64,000 nt of DNA from a virus: the IMG/VR virus record IMGVR_UViG_3300043409_001462, positions 109,385 through 173,384 of that record; one strand, written 5' to 3'. A model generated the notes under the pieces. The model saw only the letters and a program-made list of their open reading frames with translations. It searched no databases and was not told the origin of the DNA. Shown piece after piece: positions 5,620 to 14,603 of this stretch (the first letter of the stretch is position 1; every line of letters starts with the position of its first letter). Position numbers and translations under genes: made by a program.

Positions 5620-5695
5620 GTGGCCTAAAGCACTCGTTTGCTAAATGAGCGAAGGTGAAAATCTTCCGTGAGTTCGAATCTCACACTCTCCGCCA
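5606..5695 (+). tRNA. tRNA-Ser(GCT)
   Basis: Loop TTGCTAA, long variable arm, G73, CCA. Confidence 0.95.
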
Positions 5696-5703
5696 TATAA
5701 ATA
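5696..5703 (+). promoter_or_regulatory. T4-type late promoter
   Basis: TATAAATA 6 nt before tRNA-Trp. Confidence 0.65.
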
Positions 5704-5709
5704 AAAAGT

Positions 5710-5783
5710 ATCAGTGAAGTGTTACGGTAGCACATCGGTCTCCAAAACTGAGGGCGAGGGTTCGACTCCTTCCACTGGTGCCA
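5710..5783 (+). tRNA. tRNA-Trp(CCA)
   Basis: Loop CTCCAAA, G73, CCA. Confidence 0.92.
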
Positions 5784-5837
5784 TTTCATACAATGCTTTT
5801 GATGAAGATTTTGTCATATTCATCAAAGGAGTAATAT

Positions 5838-7568
5838 ATGAAAAAAATATTAGCGTTTATTGCTGCACTTTTCTGCGTAACTTCAGTATATGCACAAACT
5901 TTACCATCAGGTTCAATTGGTACAGTAACAAACAATACACCTAACACCTGGCAAACATTCACATACACATTCACACCATCAACAACTGGTGCTAACTTTC
6001 TCGGCTTTGCATTTCGTCAGGATCCAGCTTTCTGGACTTTCGATAATGTAAAGCTTACAGCTGCTGGTTCAACAACTAATCTTTTGACTAATGGTGCGTT
6101 TGACAATGGTGGTTCATTTAGTGTAACAACCAGCAATGGTCCATCATCCATTCAAGCCCCAACTAACTGGGGTGTTTGGTATCAGAATGGAACATATCCA
6201 GCCGCTGCTGGTCAGTGGCAAAGCTCAGGTGTTTGGTACGATGGTGCTGTTGGTACATTCGATGGTATCTATCAGGGCATAGTCCTACAAGCAGGAACAA
6301 CTTATACCATAGCCTTTGATGTCAGTGGAAACAATACTGCTAACACTAGCTCTATTCAGCTTGGTGCATATGGTGGCGCTTGTGCTGATGTATCGGTTTC
6401 ACCCGATCAATGTACTATTCCATCGTCTGTTGGCTTCACGACATTAGCAACTCCAGCTCAAGGCGCTTCTGCTGGTGGACCACCAACTCCTCCACCTGTT
6501 ACTCTTGTCAGCACTACAAACGCTCCATCAACTTCTGTTGCAACAACGGTAAATGGTACAGCTGTAACAGTTAACAATGTAGCTACTGGTGGTACAAATA
6601 ATGGTAGATGGATTGCTGTAACAAGAACAACAACACCTGTTACTACAAGACCATTTACTGTCACAACTGTGACAACTCCACACGCTACTGAAACTTATAG
6701 CGATGGAACAACTGTTACAACAAATGGTACTGCTGTAACAACTACTCAAACTGGTGCTACTGTTACTGTAGGTCAATCAACAGCTCAAACTGCTTCTGCT
6801 TCTGCTATTGCTCTCAAAGATGCAATGGCTATTAGTAGATTCAATCCATTTATTGTAGATGCTCTTGCAACCAAAGATGGTGCATGGGCAACTCCTTCTA
6901 TGGGATATGCTAAGACTGGTGGTTCATTTAGAACAAGTGGTCTTGGACTTGGCGCTCAGACAACTGTAGAAGAGAATACTTTTGGTATCGCTGGTACATT
7001 TGGTAAAACAAACAGTAGTGGTTATCTAAACTCTCAATCTCAAGCTGATACATATGGTGCAACTGCATATGTTTTAAGCAGACAGAGTGATATTTGGGTA
7101 AAAGGATCTGTTGGGTTCAATGTGTCAGAATATAACACAACAACATCACTTCCAGTGTTTGCTCTTATCAATCAGAGCAATGTAAGAGCTAAGAATTATT
7201 ATGCTGATGTGACATTCTACTCTGCGCAGGAGTATTTTGGCTTCAGACCGTTGGTTGGCGTTGTTGTAACTAACTCAACAATATCATCAAAGGCTCAATC
7301 AGGTTCGCCTCTGCTTTCAACATTACCGACTGATGATAGAGTTATCGAAGCTCGACCATATGCTGGTATCAGATTTGATATTGACCAGACATTTGGAATT
7401 GAAACAAGAGTAACACAATCAAAAGACTTCAAGACAGTTGGACAGGCTCGTTTGACTGCTAATCATGAAGTGTTCAAGGATGTGTTCTTCAACGTTCAAG
7501 CTGGGTTTGAAAAAGGTTCTGGTTACACAGCAGCTGTAGGTATGATTGGTTTGAAAATCAACTTCTAA
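5838..7568 (+). CDS. Secreted autotransporter-like outer-membrane protein
   Basis: Sec signal (..VYA/Q), beta-rich carbohydrate-binding-like N-terminus, Pro/Thr-rich stalk, amphipathic beta-strand C-terminus ending in Phe. Confidence 0.65.
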   Translation: MKKILAFIAALFCVTSVYAQTLPSGSIGTVTNNTPNTWQTFTYTFTPSTTGANFLGFAFRQDPAFWTFDNVKLTAAGSTTNLLTNGAFDNGGSFSVTTSNGPSSIQAPTNWGVWYQNGTYPAAAGQWQSSGVWYDGAVGTFDGIYQGIVLQAGTTYTIAFDVSGNNTANTSSIQLGAYGGACADVSVSPDQCTIPSSVGFTTLATPAQGASAGGPPTPPPVTLVSTTNAPSTSVATTVNGTAVTVNNVATGGTNNGRWIAVTRTTTPVTTRPFTVTTVTTPHATETYSDGTTVTTNGTAVTTTQTGATVTVGQSTAQTASASAIALKDAMAISRFNPFIVDALATKDGAWATPSMGYAKTGGSFRTSGLGLGAQTTVEENTFGIAGTFGKTNSSGYLNSQSQADTYGATAYVLSRQSDIWVKGSVGFNVSEYNTTTSLPVFALINQSNVRAKNYYADVTFYSAQEYFGFRPLVGVVVTNSTISSKAQSGSPLLSTLPTDDRVIEARPYAGIRFDIDQTFGIETRVTQSKDFKTVGQARLTANHEVFKDVFFNVQAGFEKGSGYTAAVGMIGLKINF

Positions 7569-7573
7569 TTCGG

Positions 7574-7596
7574 GGGAGCTTCGGCTCCCTTTTTTT
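7574..7596 (+). terminator. Rho-independent terminator
   Basis: GGGAGC-TTCG-GCTCCC-T7. Confidence 0.9.
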
Positions 7597-7638
7597 ATTA
7601 TCTAAATATCAAATATGTGAATCGATTCGGAGTTTGAT

Positions 7639-8808
7639 ATGATCTATGGTTATCATCCTACATACTATAAACATTTTTTGAGAATTGCTTCTAAATATCC
7701 TAACGATAGCAGAGCGAAACAAATCTTAAACTTTAACTTCCACAGCAGAAAGGAAAATCCTCTCTGGTGGATTAGTCGTTTTATGCACAATCAAGTTCCA
7801 GTTGACAGAACTGATACATTTAATATTCTTAAGGTTGACACTTGGTCGATACCAGATGTAGATACATCATTCAAAAAAACATTCGATCAAATATGCTACG
7901 GAACAGCTACAGAATACTGGAACAATAATGACGACGTAAGCGTTCTTTGGTCTGGTGGATTAGATAGCACATGTGTCGCTATTGCATTCATAGAAACAAA
8001 ACCAGCTGGTAAAAAACTAACATTGGTAGGCACGCAAGAAAGCGTTGACGAGTATCCCTCTTTCTATGAACAGCATAAAGCTTTAATGAAGATTGATACT
8101 ACTGAAGAATTTTGGGGAAGGTTTAAATATCATCAAAATGAAACTCTGTATGTTTCTGGTGATATTGGGGACCAAATATTCGGCGGTGTTATAGATGAAT
8201 ATGCTGATCATAAAGACGAACCTTGGGAGAGCTTTATCGAGTGGAAAGATGTGTTCGAACAAAGTGCTTTCAATGCAGATAATTTAATCCGAGATTGGTA
8301 TAAGGATGAAAAAAGTTTATTCATCAAAAGATTTACTGAGTTCAATAAAAAAGCACCATTCCCAATCGTTACTATTTTAGATTTTGTCTGGTGGTTAACA
8401 TTTACAACTAGATTTAATGGTGCTGCAAACAACATAACAAATCTTGTCAATGCAGTTTATAAATTAGAAAAAGCTGCTATAGGAACAGTTAACTGTTTCT
8501 TTCACAACTACGAATTTGAACAATGGTCGATGCTTAATCATCATTTGAAATTTCCTGGCGGACCAGAAACATACAAACAACCTATCAAAGATTTTATTGC
8601 GAAGTACAATGGTGATATGGATTTTCTTCTCAATAAAAGAAAAGAAAAATCTACACCTCGCCTTTTAGGAAGCGATGATTGGTTTAAACAATGGCGCTTG
8701 AACGATTACTCAAATTATTATTTGATTATGTCAGATGGAACCATATATAATACTAAGAATGACATTCCTTTCGAACTGATGGTAAAGTCTTTAACATTTA
8801 TAAAGTGA
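7639..8808 (+). CDS. PP-loop ATP pyrophosphatase (asparagine-synthase C-domain-like), paralog 1
   Basis: WSGGLDST and SGDIGDQIFG; shares DFxWWLxF and FxxWSMxN with 9582-10889. Confidence 0.7.
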   Translation: MIYGYHPTYYKHFLRIASKYPNDSRAKQILNFNFHSRKENPLWWISRFMHNQVPVDRTDTFNILKVDTWSIPDVDTSFKKTFDQICYGTATEYWNNNDDVSVLWSGGLDSTCVAIAFIETKPAGKKLTLVGTQESVDEYPSFYEQHKALMKIDTTEEFWGRFKYHQNETLYVSGDIGDQIFGGVIDEYADHKDEPWESFIEWKDVFEQSAFNADNLIRDWYKDEKSLFIKRFTEFNKKAPFPIVTILDFVWWLTFTTRFNGAANNITNLVNAVYKLEKAAIGTVNCFFHNYEFEQWSMLNHHLKFPGGPETYKQPIKDFIAKYNGDMDFLLNKRKEKSTPRLLGSDDWFKQWRLNDYSNYYLIMSDGTIYNTKNDIPFELMVKSLTFIK

Positions 8809-8814
8809 GATGAT

Positions 8815-9567
8815 ATGGAAAGAATTATTGGAAGTGTTTTAGATGGTCACTATTATAATGATGATGGGTCTCGGAAGAAGATAGGAATATACTGTCAGCA
8901 AATAGATAGGTGGATTCTTATTGATGAATATGACATGTGGATTACATTTAAAACTGCACAAGCTTTATCATCAAAATTAGCAACTACTGTTTATATTCTT
9001 TCTGGTGATTTGCAGGGTATGAACAACGAGAACTGTATTGAATATAGCATCCTAAACAAAACGATATTCAAACGCAAAAACGTTGCTGATCTGATTCAAA
9101 ATCAAACTCCTACTATGAAAAAGGTAGTCGACGATAATATTGTTAAGGTTGGATTGCCTGAAGATTTTTTGTCAATTGTTGGGCGCAAGAAGTTAGAAAA
9201 AATGAAAAAATATGTAAATTTTGTTAACAAGTGTATCTACGGTGTAGAAATATGTAATTCTAAAAATTGGATTGATAATAAAACTGTAGCCATAGTATAT
9301 CATCCGAAAGAATGGAGCGATGTGATAACACCATATGAACACAAATCAGAATCAGATAAAAGTGTGTTCAGCGAAATCAATGGCGTTCTGTATTTTTCCA
9401 ACTCAGTTAAAGAAGCTAAAGCTGAGATAAAGAATTTGTTTCAATTTTATCTAGATGAATGTTTGGTATCGACCAATCTTGTAAACGTTTTTTATAATGT
9501 CATCAAAGAAAAAAATCCATTCTCAGAGTATGTCTATAAAACTTCTAACTTTTACAAAACTACTTGA
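8815..9567 (+). CDS. Hypothetical protein
   Basis: 250-aa ORF tightly packed between the two PP-loop genes. Confidence 0.8.
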   Translation: MERIIGSVLDGHYYNDDGSRKKIGIYCQQIDRWILIDEYDMWITFKTAQALSSKLATTVYILSGDLQGMNNENCIEYSILNKTIFKRKNVADLIQNQTPTMKKVVDDNIVKVGLPEDFLSIVGRKKLEKMKKYVNFVNKCIYGVEICNSKNWIDNKTVAIVYHPKEWSDVITPYEHKSESDKSVFSEINGVLYFSNSVKEAKAEIKNLFQFYLDECLVSTNLVNVFYNVIKEKNPFSEYVYKTSNFYKTT

Positions 9568-9581
9568 ACGAGTAAATCATC

Positions 9582-10889
9582 ATGATAACTTCAGACGAAA
9601 CACTTTATTTTTTTAACATAAGAGACCAGCAAAAGTTTTGGAAAGAAATTTATCCATCGGCTCCACCAGCAAGTAAATTTTATATTGACATCACAAAAAG
9701 AATAAACCCACATAGACTTTGTAATAGAAACGAAGGCGAGTGGAGTTTACCTTGGAAGCAACACGCTCCTGATAAATTTAAAATGCTTCCATACAATCCA
9801 AATTTTAATAAAACGTATGAAGAAGTAACTGATGAAAGAGCTATGGATATCAAACGAGGTATCCATGCTGGTAAAAAATATGCAGTGATGTATTCTGGTG
9901 GTATGGATTCTACCAGTGTTGTTGTCGCACTATTAAAGAACTTGACCAAGGAAGAATTAAAATGCGTTACGATATGCGCATCGATTCATAGTCTTGTAGA
10001 ATATCCCCTTTTCTGGCGCAAATATATTCAAGATAAATTTGAAGTTTTAGATTCCAACAAATATTTGTACGACGATTATATTGGTATGGGTTATACTCCT
10101 ATCACAGCTGATGAGGGTGATTGTATCTTTGGTACTTCTATCGGATTGCAACTTTATCATAATTACGATTATCTTGTTGGGTTGCAGGATCCTGCGGTGC
10201 AGGGTAATTTAATGAAATTGAAATATCGAATATCAGATGGTGATGTTCATTATAGTCTTTTTAAAGATGTTATCGCTAGATATTTTGCATATGACGATAC
10301 GCCTTCTGGATTAGAATTCGGCAGGTTACTTTATGCGAAGTATCATCGTAATATTATTACGTCTTCCGTGCCAATTTATTCTCTACACGATTTCTTTTGG
10401 TGGCTTATCTTCAACGTAAAATATTTGAATTGTTCAATCCGTGGCGCTATTTTCTTCAACGCTACAATGCCTTTCGATAAGTGCGTTGACTCTATTGAAA
10501 ACTGGTTTAATGGACCTGGATTTCAGTACTGGAGTATGAATAACAATAACAATGGATTGAAAATTAAAAAGACTCTAGCTTCATATAAACATATTCAAAG
10601 GAAATATATCTACGATTTCACCAAAGATGATTGGTATTTTTGGTACAAAACCAAGCTAGAATCTATGGGTAATTTGTCTGTCAAGGGTAAAAATGATATG
10701 TCTAAATCATTTACCAATAGCGTTATTGGAATTAATGATAAGAATGAGTATCTTTGTATCCCTGACCCTGATGATTTAGATTCAGTTGTCAATAGCAAAT
10801 ATCAAGGTGTGTATCATTATGGTCCAGATGTGAGAAATTTTTTCGAAGAATCATTAATGAAATTCGAAATAGACTGGATGGATGACTAA
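9582..10889 (+). CDS. PP-loop ATP pyrophosphatase (asparagine-synthase C-domain-like), paralog 2
   Basis: YSGGMDST and TADEGDCIFG motifs. Confidence 0.7.
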   Translation: MITSDETLYFFNIRDQQKFWKEIYPSAPPASKFYIDITKRINPHRLCNRNEGEWSLPWKQHAPDKFKMLPYNPNFNKTYEEVTDERAMDIKRGIHAGKKYAVMYSGGMDSTSVVVALLKNLTKEELKCVTICASIHSLVEYPLFWRKYIQDKFEVLDSNKYLYDDYIGMGYTPITADEGDCIFGTSIGLQLYHNYDYLVGLQDPAVQGNLMKLKYRISDGDVHYSLFKDVIARYFAYDDTPSGLEFGRLLYAKYHRNIITSSVPIYSLHDFFWWLIFNVKYLNCSIRGAIFFNATMPFDKCVDSIENWFNGPGFQYWSMNNNNNGLKIKKTLASYKHIQRKYIYDFTKDDWYFWYKTKLESMGNLSVKGKNDMSKSFTNSVIGINDKNEYLCIPDPDDLDSVVNSKYQGVYHYGPDVRNFFEESLMKFEIDWMDD

Positions 10890-10949
10890 ATAGAGTTGCA
10901 GGGGTCATGACCTGTATCATTTAACGTTAAATCAACATGGAGTTTTTTA

Positions 10950-11894
10950 ATGACAACTAATATTCGCTGGGTTATCGCCCATGAACCAGTAGATCTTTTC
11001 CTTAAGGTTGCTGATTCTTTTTCTAAGGAAGTAAACGAACAGACTAACGGTAAGTTCAATATCGAAGTTCTTTCGCTTACTGATTATTCTAAGAAGTATA
11101 ATGGTGGCAAGAAGGTATCTAAGAACGATCTTATGAACCTTATTGATACTGGCGCTATCGAAATGAGCCATATCTACACTACTTGGCTTGCAGACTACAA
11201 CAAGGACCTTCATGCCCTTGATCTTCCATTCCTATTCAAGGATCATGATCACGCTGACCGTGTTCTTGAAGGCGATCTTGGCAAGTCATTGCTTGCTGAC
11301 GTTTCTAAGACTTCCAACATCAAGGCAATGAGCTTCACTTACTCTGGCGGTTATCGTATCGTTCCTGCGAACTTCGCAGCTGATACTGTATCTGCATGGG
11401 AAGGTAAGGTAGTTCGTACTAGCCGTTCTCCAGTTGCTGTTGATACATTCAAGCTTCTTGGTGCAACTCCTCGTGCAGACATTGAACTTGAAGAAATGAA
11501 CTCTGCTGCTGACGCTGGCGTTATCGCTGCTGGCGAATCAACATATGTTCGTGTGTTCCCACTCGAGCAGAATAAGAGCTTCGAAGTTGTTAACGATACA
11601 GCTCATAGCTTGTTCCTAACTTCAATCATCGTGAACCAGGATTTCTTCAAGCAGTTCGATGCTGAAACACAGGAAATCTTTGCTAACGCTGCATTCAACG
11701 CTGCTCGTAAGGAGCGTCGTGAGTCTGTTGCTGATATTCCAAACATCCTTGCTCAGTGCGAAGCTACTGGCGTTAAGGTTGTTAAGATGTCTGAAACTGA
11801 AGCAGGCAAGTTCAAGGCAATCACATCTAAGGTTTATGAGATGTACGCTGACTACTTCACTCCAGGTCTTGTGCGCAAGCTCCAGGTTGCTTAA
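10950..11894 (+). CDS. dctP: TRAP-type solute-binding protein (DctP family), no signal peptide
   Basis: FSKEVNEQTNGKFNIEV, LDLPFLFKDHDHA, GKVVRT, FKLLGATP, AGE, N-D-T-A-H; N-terminus begins at the first strand. Confidence 0.8.
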   Translation: MTTNIRWVIAHEPVDLFLKVADSFSKEVNEQTNGKFNIEVLSLTDYSKKYNGGKKVSKNDLMNLIDTGAIEMSHIYTTWLADYNKDLHALDLPFLFKDHDHADRVLEGDLGKSLLADVSKTSNIKAMSFTYSGGYRIVPANFAADTVSAWEGKVVRTSRSPVAVDTFKLLGATPRADIELEEMNSAADAGVIAAGESTYVRVFPLEQNKSFEVVNDTAHSLFLTSIIVNQDFFKQFDAETQEIFANAAFNAARKERRESVADIPNILAQCEATGVKVVKMSETEAGKFKAITSKVYEMYADYFTPGLVRKLQVA

Positions 11895-11916
11895 TAGCTA
11901 CTAATAAATAATACAG

Positions 11917-11942
11917 GGGTGGGGGAAACTCCACCCTTTTTT
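11917..11942 (+). terminator. Terminator-like hairpin
   Basis: GGGTGGGG-GAAA-CTCCACCC-T6. Confidence 0.75.
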
Positions 11943-11952
11943 ATGATAACTG

Positions 11953-12219
11953 ATGGAGACTTATATGTTTAATTTTCTTTCTTCTAAGTGGACTGAGCAA
12001 CAGCGTCGTAGCATCACTAAAGTCGTCACTTGGAGAATTCTCGTTACAATCACAAATTTTGTTGGTGGATGGCTTGCCTCTGGATCTTGGCAAGTTGGTC
12101 TTGGTGTAGTTTCATTTGCGCTTGTAGTCAACTCAATTCTTTATTGGTTTCACGAGAGAGCATGGAATCGTACTGACTGGGGTAAGCAGGTTAAAGAGCC
12201 TGAGGAAACTCCAATTTGA
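11953..12219 (+). CDS. DUF2061 small membrane protein
   Basis: RSITKVVTWR...LYWFHERAWN signature. Confidence 0.85.
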   Translation: METYMFNFLSSKWTEQQRRSITKVVTWRILVTITNFVGGWLASGSWQVGLGVVSFALVVNSILYWFHERAWNRTDWGKQVKEPEETPI

Positions 12220-12244
12220 CTATTTCTATCGATTGAGGTATAAT
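12216..12244 (+). promoter_or_regulatory. Sigma70-type promoter
   Basis: TTGACT-17-TATAAT. Confidence 0.8.
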
Positions 12245-12255
12245 ATATTCAATCG

Positions 12256-13086
12256 ATGGAGAAAGATATGACACCACTTATATGGACATGCGTATACGGA
12301 GGAGATGATTATTTCAATATCCTCCGTATCAGTTTAGAATCACTAATCAAGTATGGAAAATACAAGCGTAGCCTGTATATTTTTTCTGATAAGGATCAGC
12401 AACAAACACTTCAATATGTACCAACCGAACTTTGGTCTTGGACGATAGTTCTTCCATTCCCAGAAAAAGCGCACATCTCAGCAAGATATGAATGTTCCAG
12501 TTATCTACCGAAGGACTACGACGTTTATCTTTACGTAGATACAGACATCATCTACGATGCATCAGTATGGCCAATGCTTTATGACATCAAAAATTCAGAG
12601 AAGCTGTGCTTCACTAGCGAAAAGCATCTCTACCCAAATCTTCAGGCGAAAATTGGTTCGCTTCGAAACGGTAGCGCGTACAACTCTGAATGGTTCGGCT
12701 TGGCTATCGCTCATCAGGATGGTAGTTTGGAAGATTGCTACCTACCAATCATCAACTCAGGCGTCATAGGCTCGAACGATTTGGACGAGTTGATAACCGT
12801 ATGCTGTGATATTAAAGCCAAGCTCAAGTACATCGATCCAAAATACCTCCAAGAGTTTGGCGACCAACCCGTAACGAATTATGTAATAATCCAATACGGT
12901 TGCGAAACGAATATTACCAGATACGTTCACTTCGTCAATTCGGCTCCACCAGAGCTACACGTACGTAATGGGGTGGGGTTGCGAGGAATGGTTCATTTTT
13001 TGTGGGCTGGAAGCCTCAAATACGCCGAAATGAGCCAGTACCTAGACCTCCTAGAGCGGATGGGACTGGACGCTCCTCAGGGCTAG
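12256..13086 (+). CDS. GT-A fold glycosyltransferase (GT8-like)
   Basis: YVDTD (DxD), INSGV, GDQPVTN, VHF motifs. Confidence 0.7.
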   Translation: MEKDMTPLIWTCVYGGDDYFNILRISLESLIKYGKYKRSLYIFSDKDQQQTLQYVPTELWSWTIVLPFPEKAHISARYECSSYLPKDYDVYLYVDTDIIYDASVWPMLYDIKNSEKLCFTSEKHLYPNLQAKIGSLRNGSAYNSEWFGLAIAHQDGSLEDCYLPIINSGVIGSNDLDELITVCCDIKAKLKYIDPKYLQEFGDQPVTNYVIIQYGCETNITRYVHFVNSAPPELHVRNGVGLRGMVHFLWAGSLKYAEMSQYLDLLERMGLDAPQG

Positions 13087-13202
13087 AAATACTTCTATAA
13101 TACTTGTTTTTTACTTGTAATACTTACAGTCATGAGAGTATACACAAAGCAAGAAAAATCGCCTATACTGTGATTTTTTAGTATTCGCAAGTATTAAATC
13201 GG

Positions 13203-13230
13203 TTGACTTTTCCTCTAGATAGGGTACAAT
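13203..13230 (+). promoter_or_regulatory. Early promoter
   Basis: TTGACT-16-TACAAT, AGGAG RBS downstream. Confidence 0.65.
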
Positions 13231-13258
13231 ATATGTAACCTAAAGAAAGGAGCACCGA

Positions 13259-13474
13259 ATGACCCGTCATAATCCCCGCCTCGTACCCGAGTTCCTCGCC
13301 CGATACCCCTCCGTAGACGGCTATACTCTCATCTGTGTCTGTGAGGAAATCAATCGCCGTACTCAAGCTGGAGTTGGCGTACAGGGTATCCTAACTCAAG
13401 CTCTGCTTTTAGACAACGCTGGTCAATACCTAGCTCGAGTCTGTGAGTCACTTCAAGCCCAACAAAGTGCTTGA
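13259..13474 (+). CDS. Hypothetical early protein
   Basis: AAGGAG RBS, downstream of early promoter. Confidence 0.65.
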   Translation: MTRHNPRLVPEFLARYPSVDGYTLICVCEEINRRTQAGVGVQGILTQALLLDNAGQYLARVCESLQAQQSA

Positions 13475-13499
13475 CGAGTTTCGCGAATTACGCTATAAT
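13471..13499 (+). promoter_or_regulatory. Early promoter
   Basis: AGTGC-TTGACG-17-TATAAT. Confidence 0.8.
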
Positions 13500-13526
13500 A
13501 TATCTACGGTTGAAGAGGAGAACGAT

Positions 13527-13781
13527 ATGAACCCCACCTACACGAAGATCCCCCTCGAAAAGCTCGACGAAGTTCGTACGGCTCTTAATGCCAAGCTCAA
13601 GGCGCATAGCCAAGCTACTGGCTTTCGCTATAAGACCCGTACCTTTTACCTCGGTCCCCGTAAGGTTTATGGCGGTCGTCGTCAGGGTACTACCAACAAG
13701 AGCGACGCCTATAGCGCCAAGCTTGCCGTTTACGAGGATAATGGTCGTTACGGTTACTTTGATATCGCCTACTACGTTTGA
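13527..13781 (+). CDS. Hypothetical early protein
   Basis: GAGGAG RBS before ATG 13527. Confidence 0.75.
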   Translation: MNPTYTKIPLEKLDEVRTALNAKLKAHSQATGFRYKTRTFYLGPRKVYGGRRQGTTNKSDAYSAKLAVYEDNGRYGYFDIAYYV

Positions 13782-13791
13782 GGAGAAAGCT

Positions 13792-14073
13792 ATGAAACTC
13801 GACGATTATGATTTTGATATGACTGCCAAGGCTGTGTTCGCGATGAACCCTTCGGCTCCCCAAAATTACGATACCTGGGAGGACCTGAAGTCCTTCATGG
13901 TTTCCATGGCGTACACCTACGGTCACAAGACCAACTCTTTCAGCACCAGTGGATTCCAGCTGACTTTCTTTCCGAGCTCTAATGACACAGATATTAGCTG
14001 TCGTTCGTCTGTTTCGTCTTTTGTTGCGCTTGAGTATGTGAAGCGTATGACCCTCGTCAAGGAGAATGCATAA
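13792..14073 (+). CDS. Hypothetical early protein
   Basis: GAGGAG RBS before ATG 13792. Confidence 0.75.
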   Translation: MKLDDYDFDMTAKAVFAMNPSAPQNYDTWEDLKSFMVSMAYTYGHKTNSFSTSGFQLTFFPSSNDTDISCRSSVSSFVALEYVKRMTLVKENA

Positions 14074-14258
14074 TGTTTATCGCAAAACCCAACCTGAATA
14101 ACTCACTCGGTCAAAAGACTTTCTCCGATATGGAGGCGGCTGTTACCTACCTCGAGGAAGCCACTGGTTACAAGATGGATTTTGTTACCGACAAGCGTAC
14201 GAAGGAGCGCACTTATGACTGGGAAATCATCGGCAAACTCAAGCGTGTCAAAGCGTAA
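14073..14258 (+). CDS. Hypothetical protein
   Basis: AAGGAG RBS, TAATG coupling. Confidence 0.7.
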   Translation: MFIAKPNLNNSLGQKTFSDMEAAVTYLEEATGYKMDFVTDKRTKERTYDWEIIGKLKRVKA

Positions 14259-14364
14259 CCCATTCGCACATGAGCTTAACGATGCAAAGTTTCGGTTGCG
14301 CATCGTTAAGCCACGTAAGGGCAAAGGTTCTTATTCTCGCAAGGAGTCAAAATTATGGGTATGA
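14245..14364 (+). CDS. ArfA-like alternative ribosome-rescue peptide (39 aa)
   Basis: NPFAHELNDAKFRLRIVKPRKGKGSYSRK resembles the ArfA core; start (GTG 14245) uncertain. Confidence 0.7.
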   Translation: MSKRNPFAHELNDAKFRLRIVKPRKGKGSYSRKESKLWV

Positions 14365-14540
14365 TGAAAGAACGCTATATGGATATCGTTGATTACGCCG
14401 AAGAGTGCTGTGGTGGTACGCTTCAACATGATGAAGCTTGGAAGATGTTTCAGATGGTTTATCCTGACGAAGGCGAGATTTTCGAAGAAGCTTGGAACAA
14501 CTGGGATTCTTTTTCTGAATATATTCTAACACATCATTAA
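14355..14540 (+). CDS. Hypothetical acidic protein
   Basis: AAGGAG RBS. Confidence 0.7.
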   Translation: MGMMKERYMDIVDYAEECCGGTLQHDEAWKMFQMVYPDEGEIFEEAWNNWDSFSEYILTHH

Positions 14541-14547
14541 AAAGTGC

Positions 14548-14576
14548 TTGACTTATCTCTAAATATTAAGTATAAT
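14548..14576 (+). promoter_or_regulatory. Early promoter
   Basis: AGTGC-TTGACT-17-TATAAT. Confidence 0.8.
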
Positions 14577-14603
14577 AGATCTTGATGATGAAGGAGTATA
14601 TGC

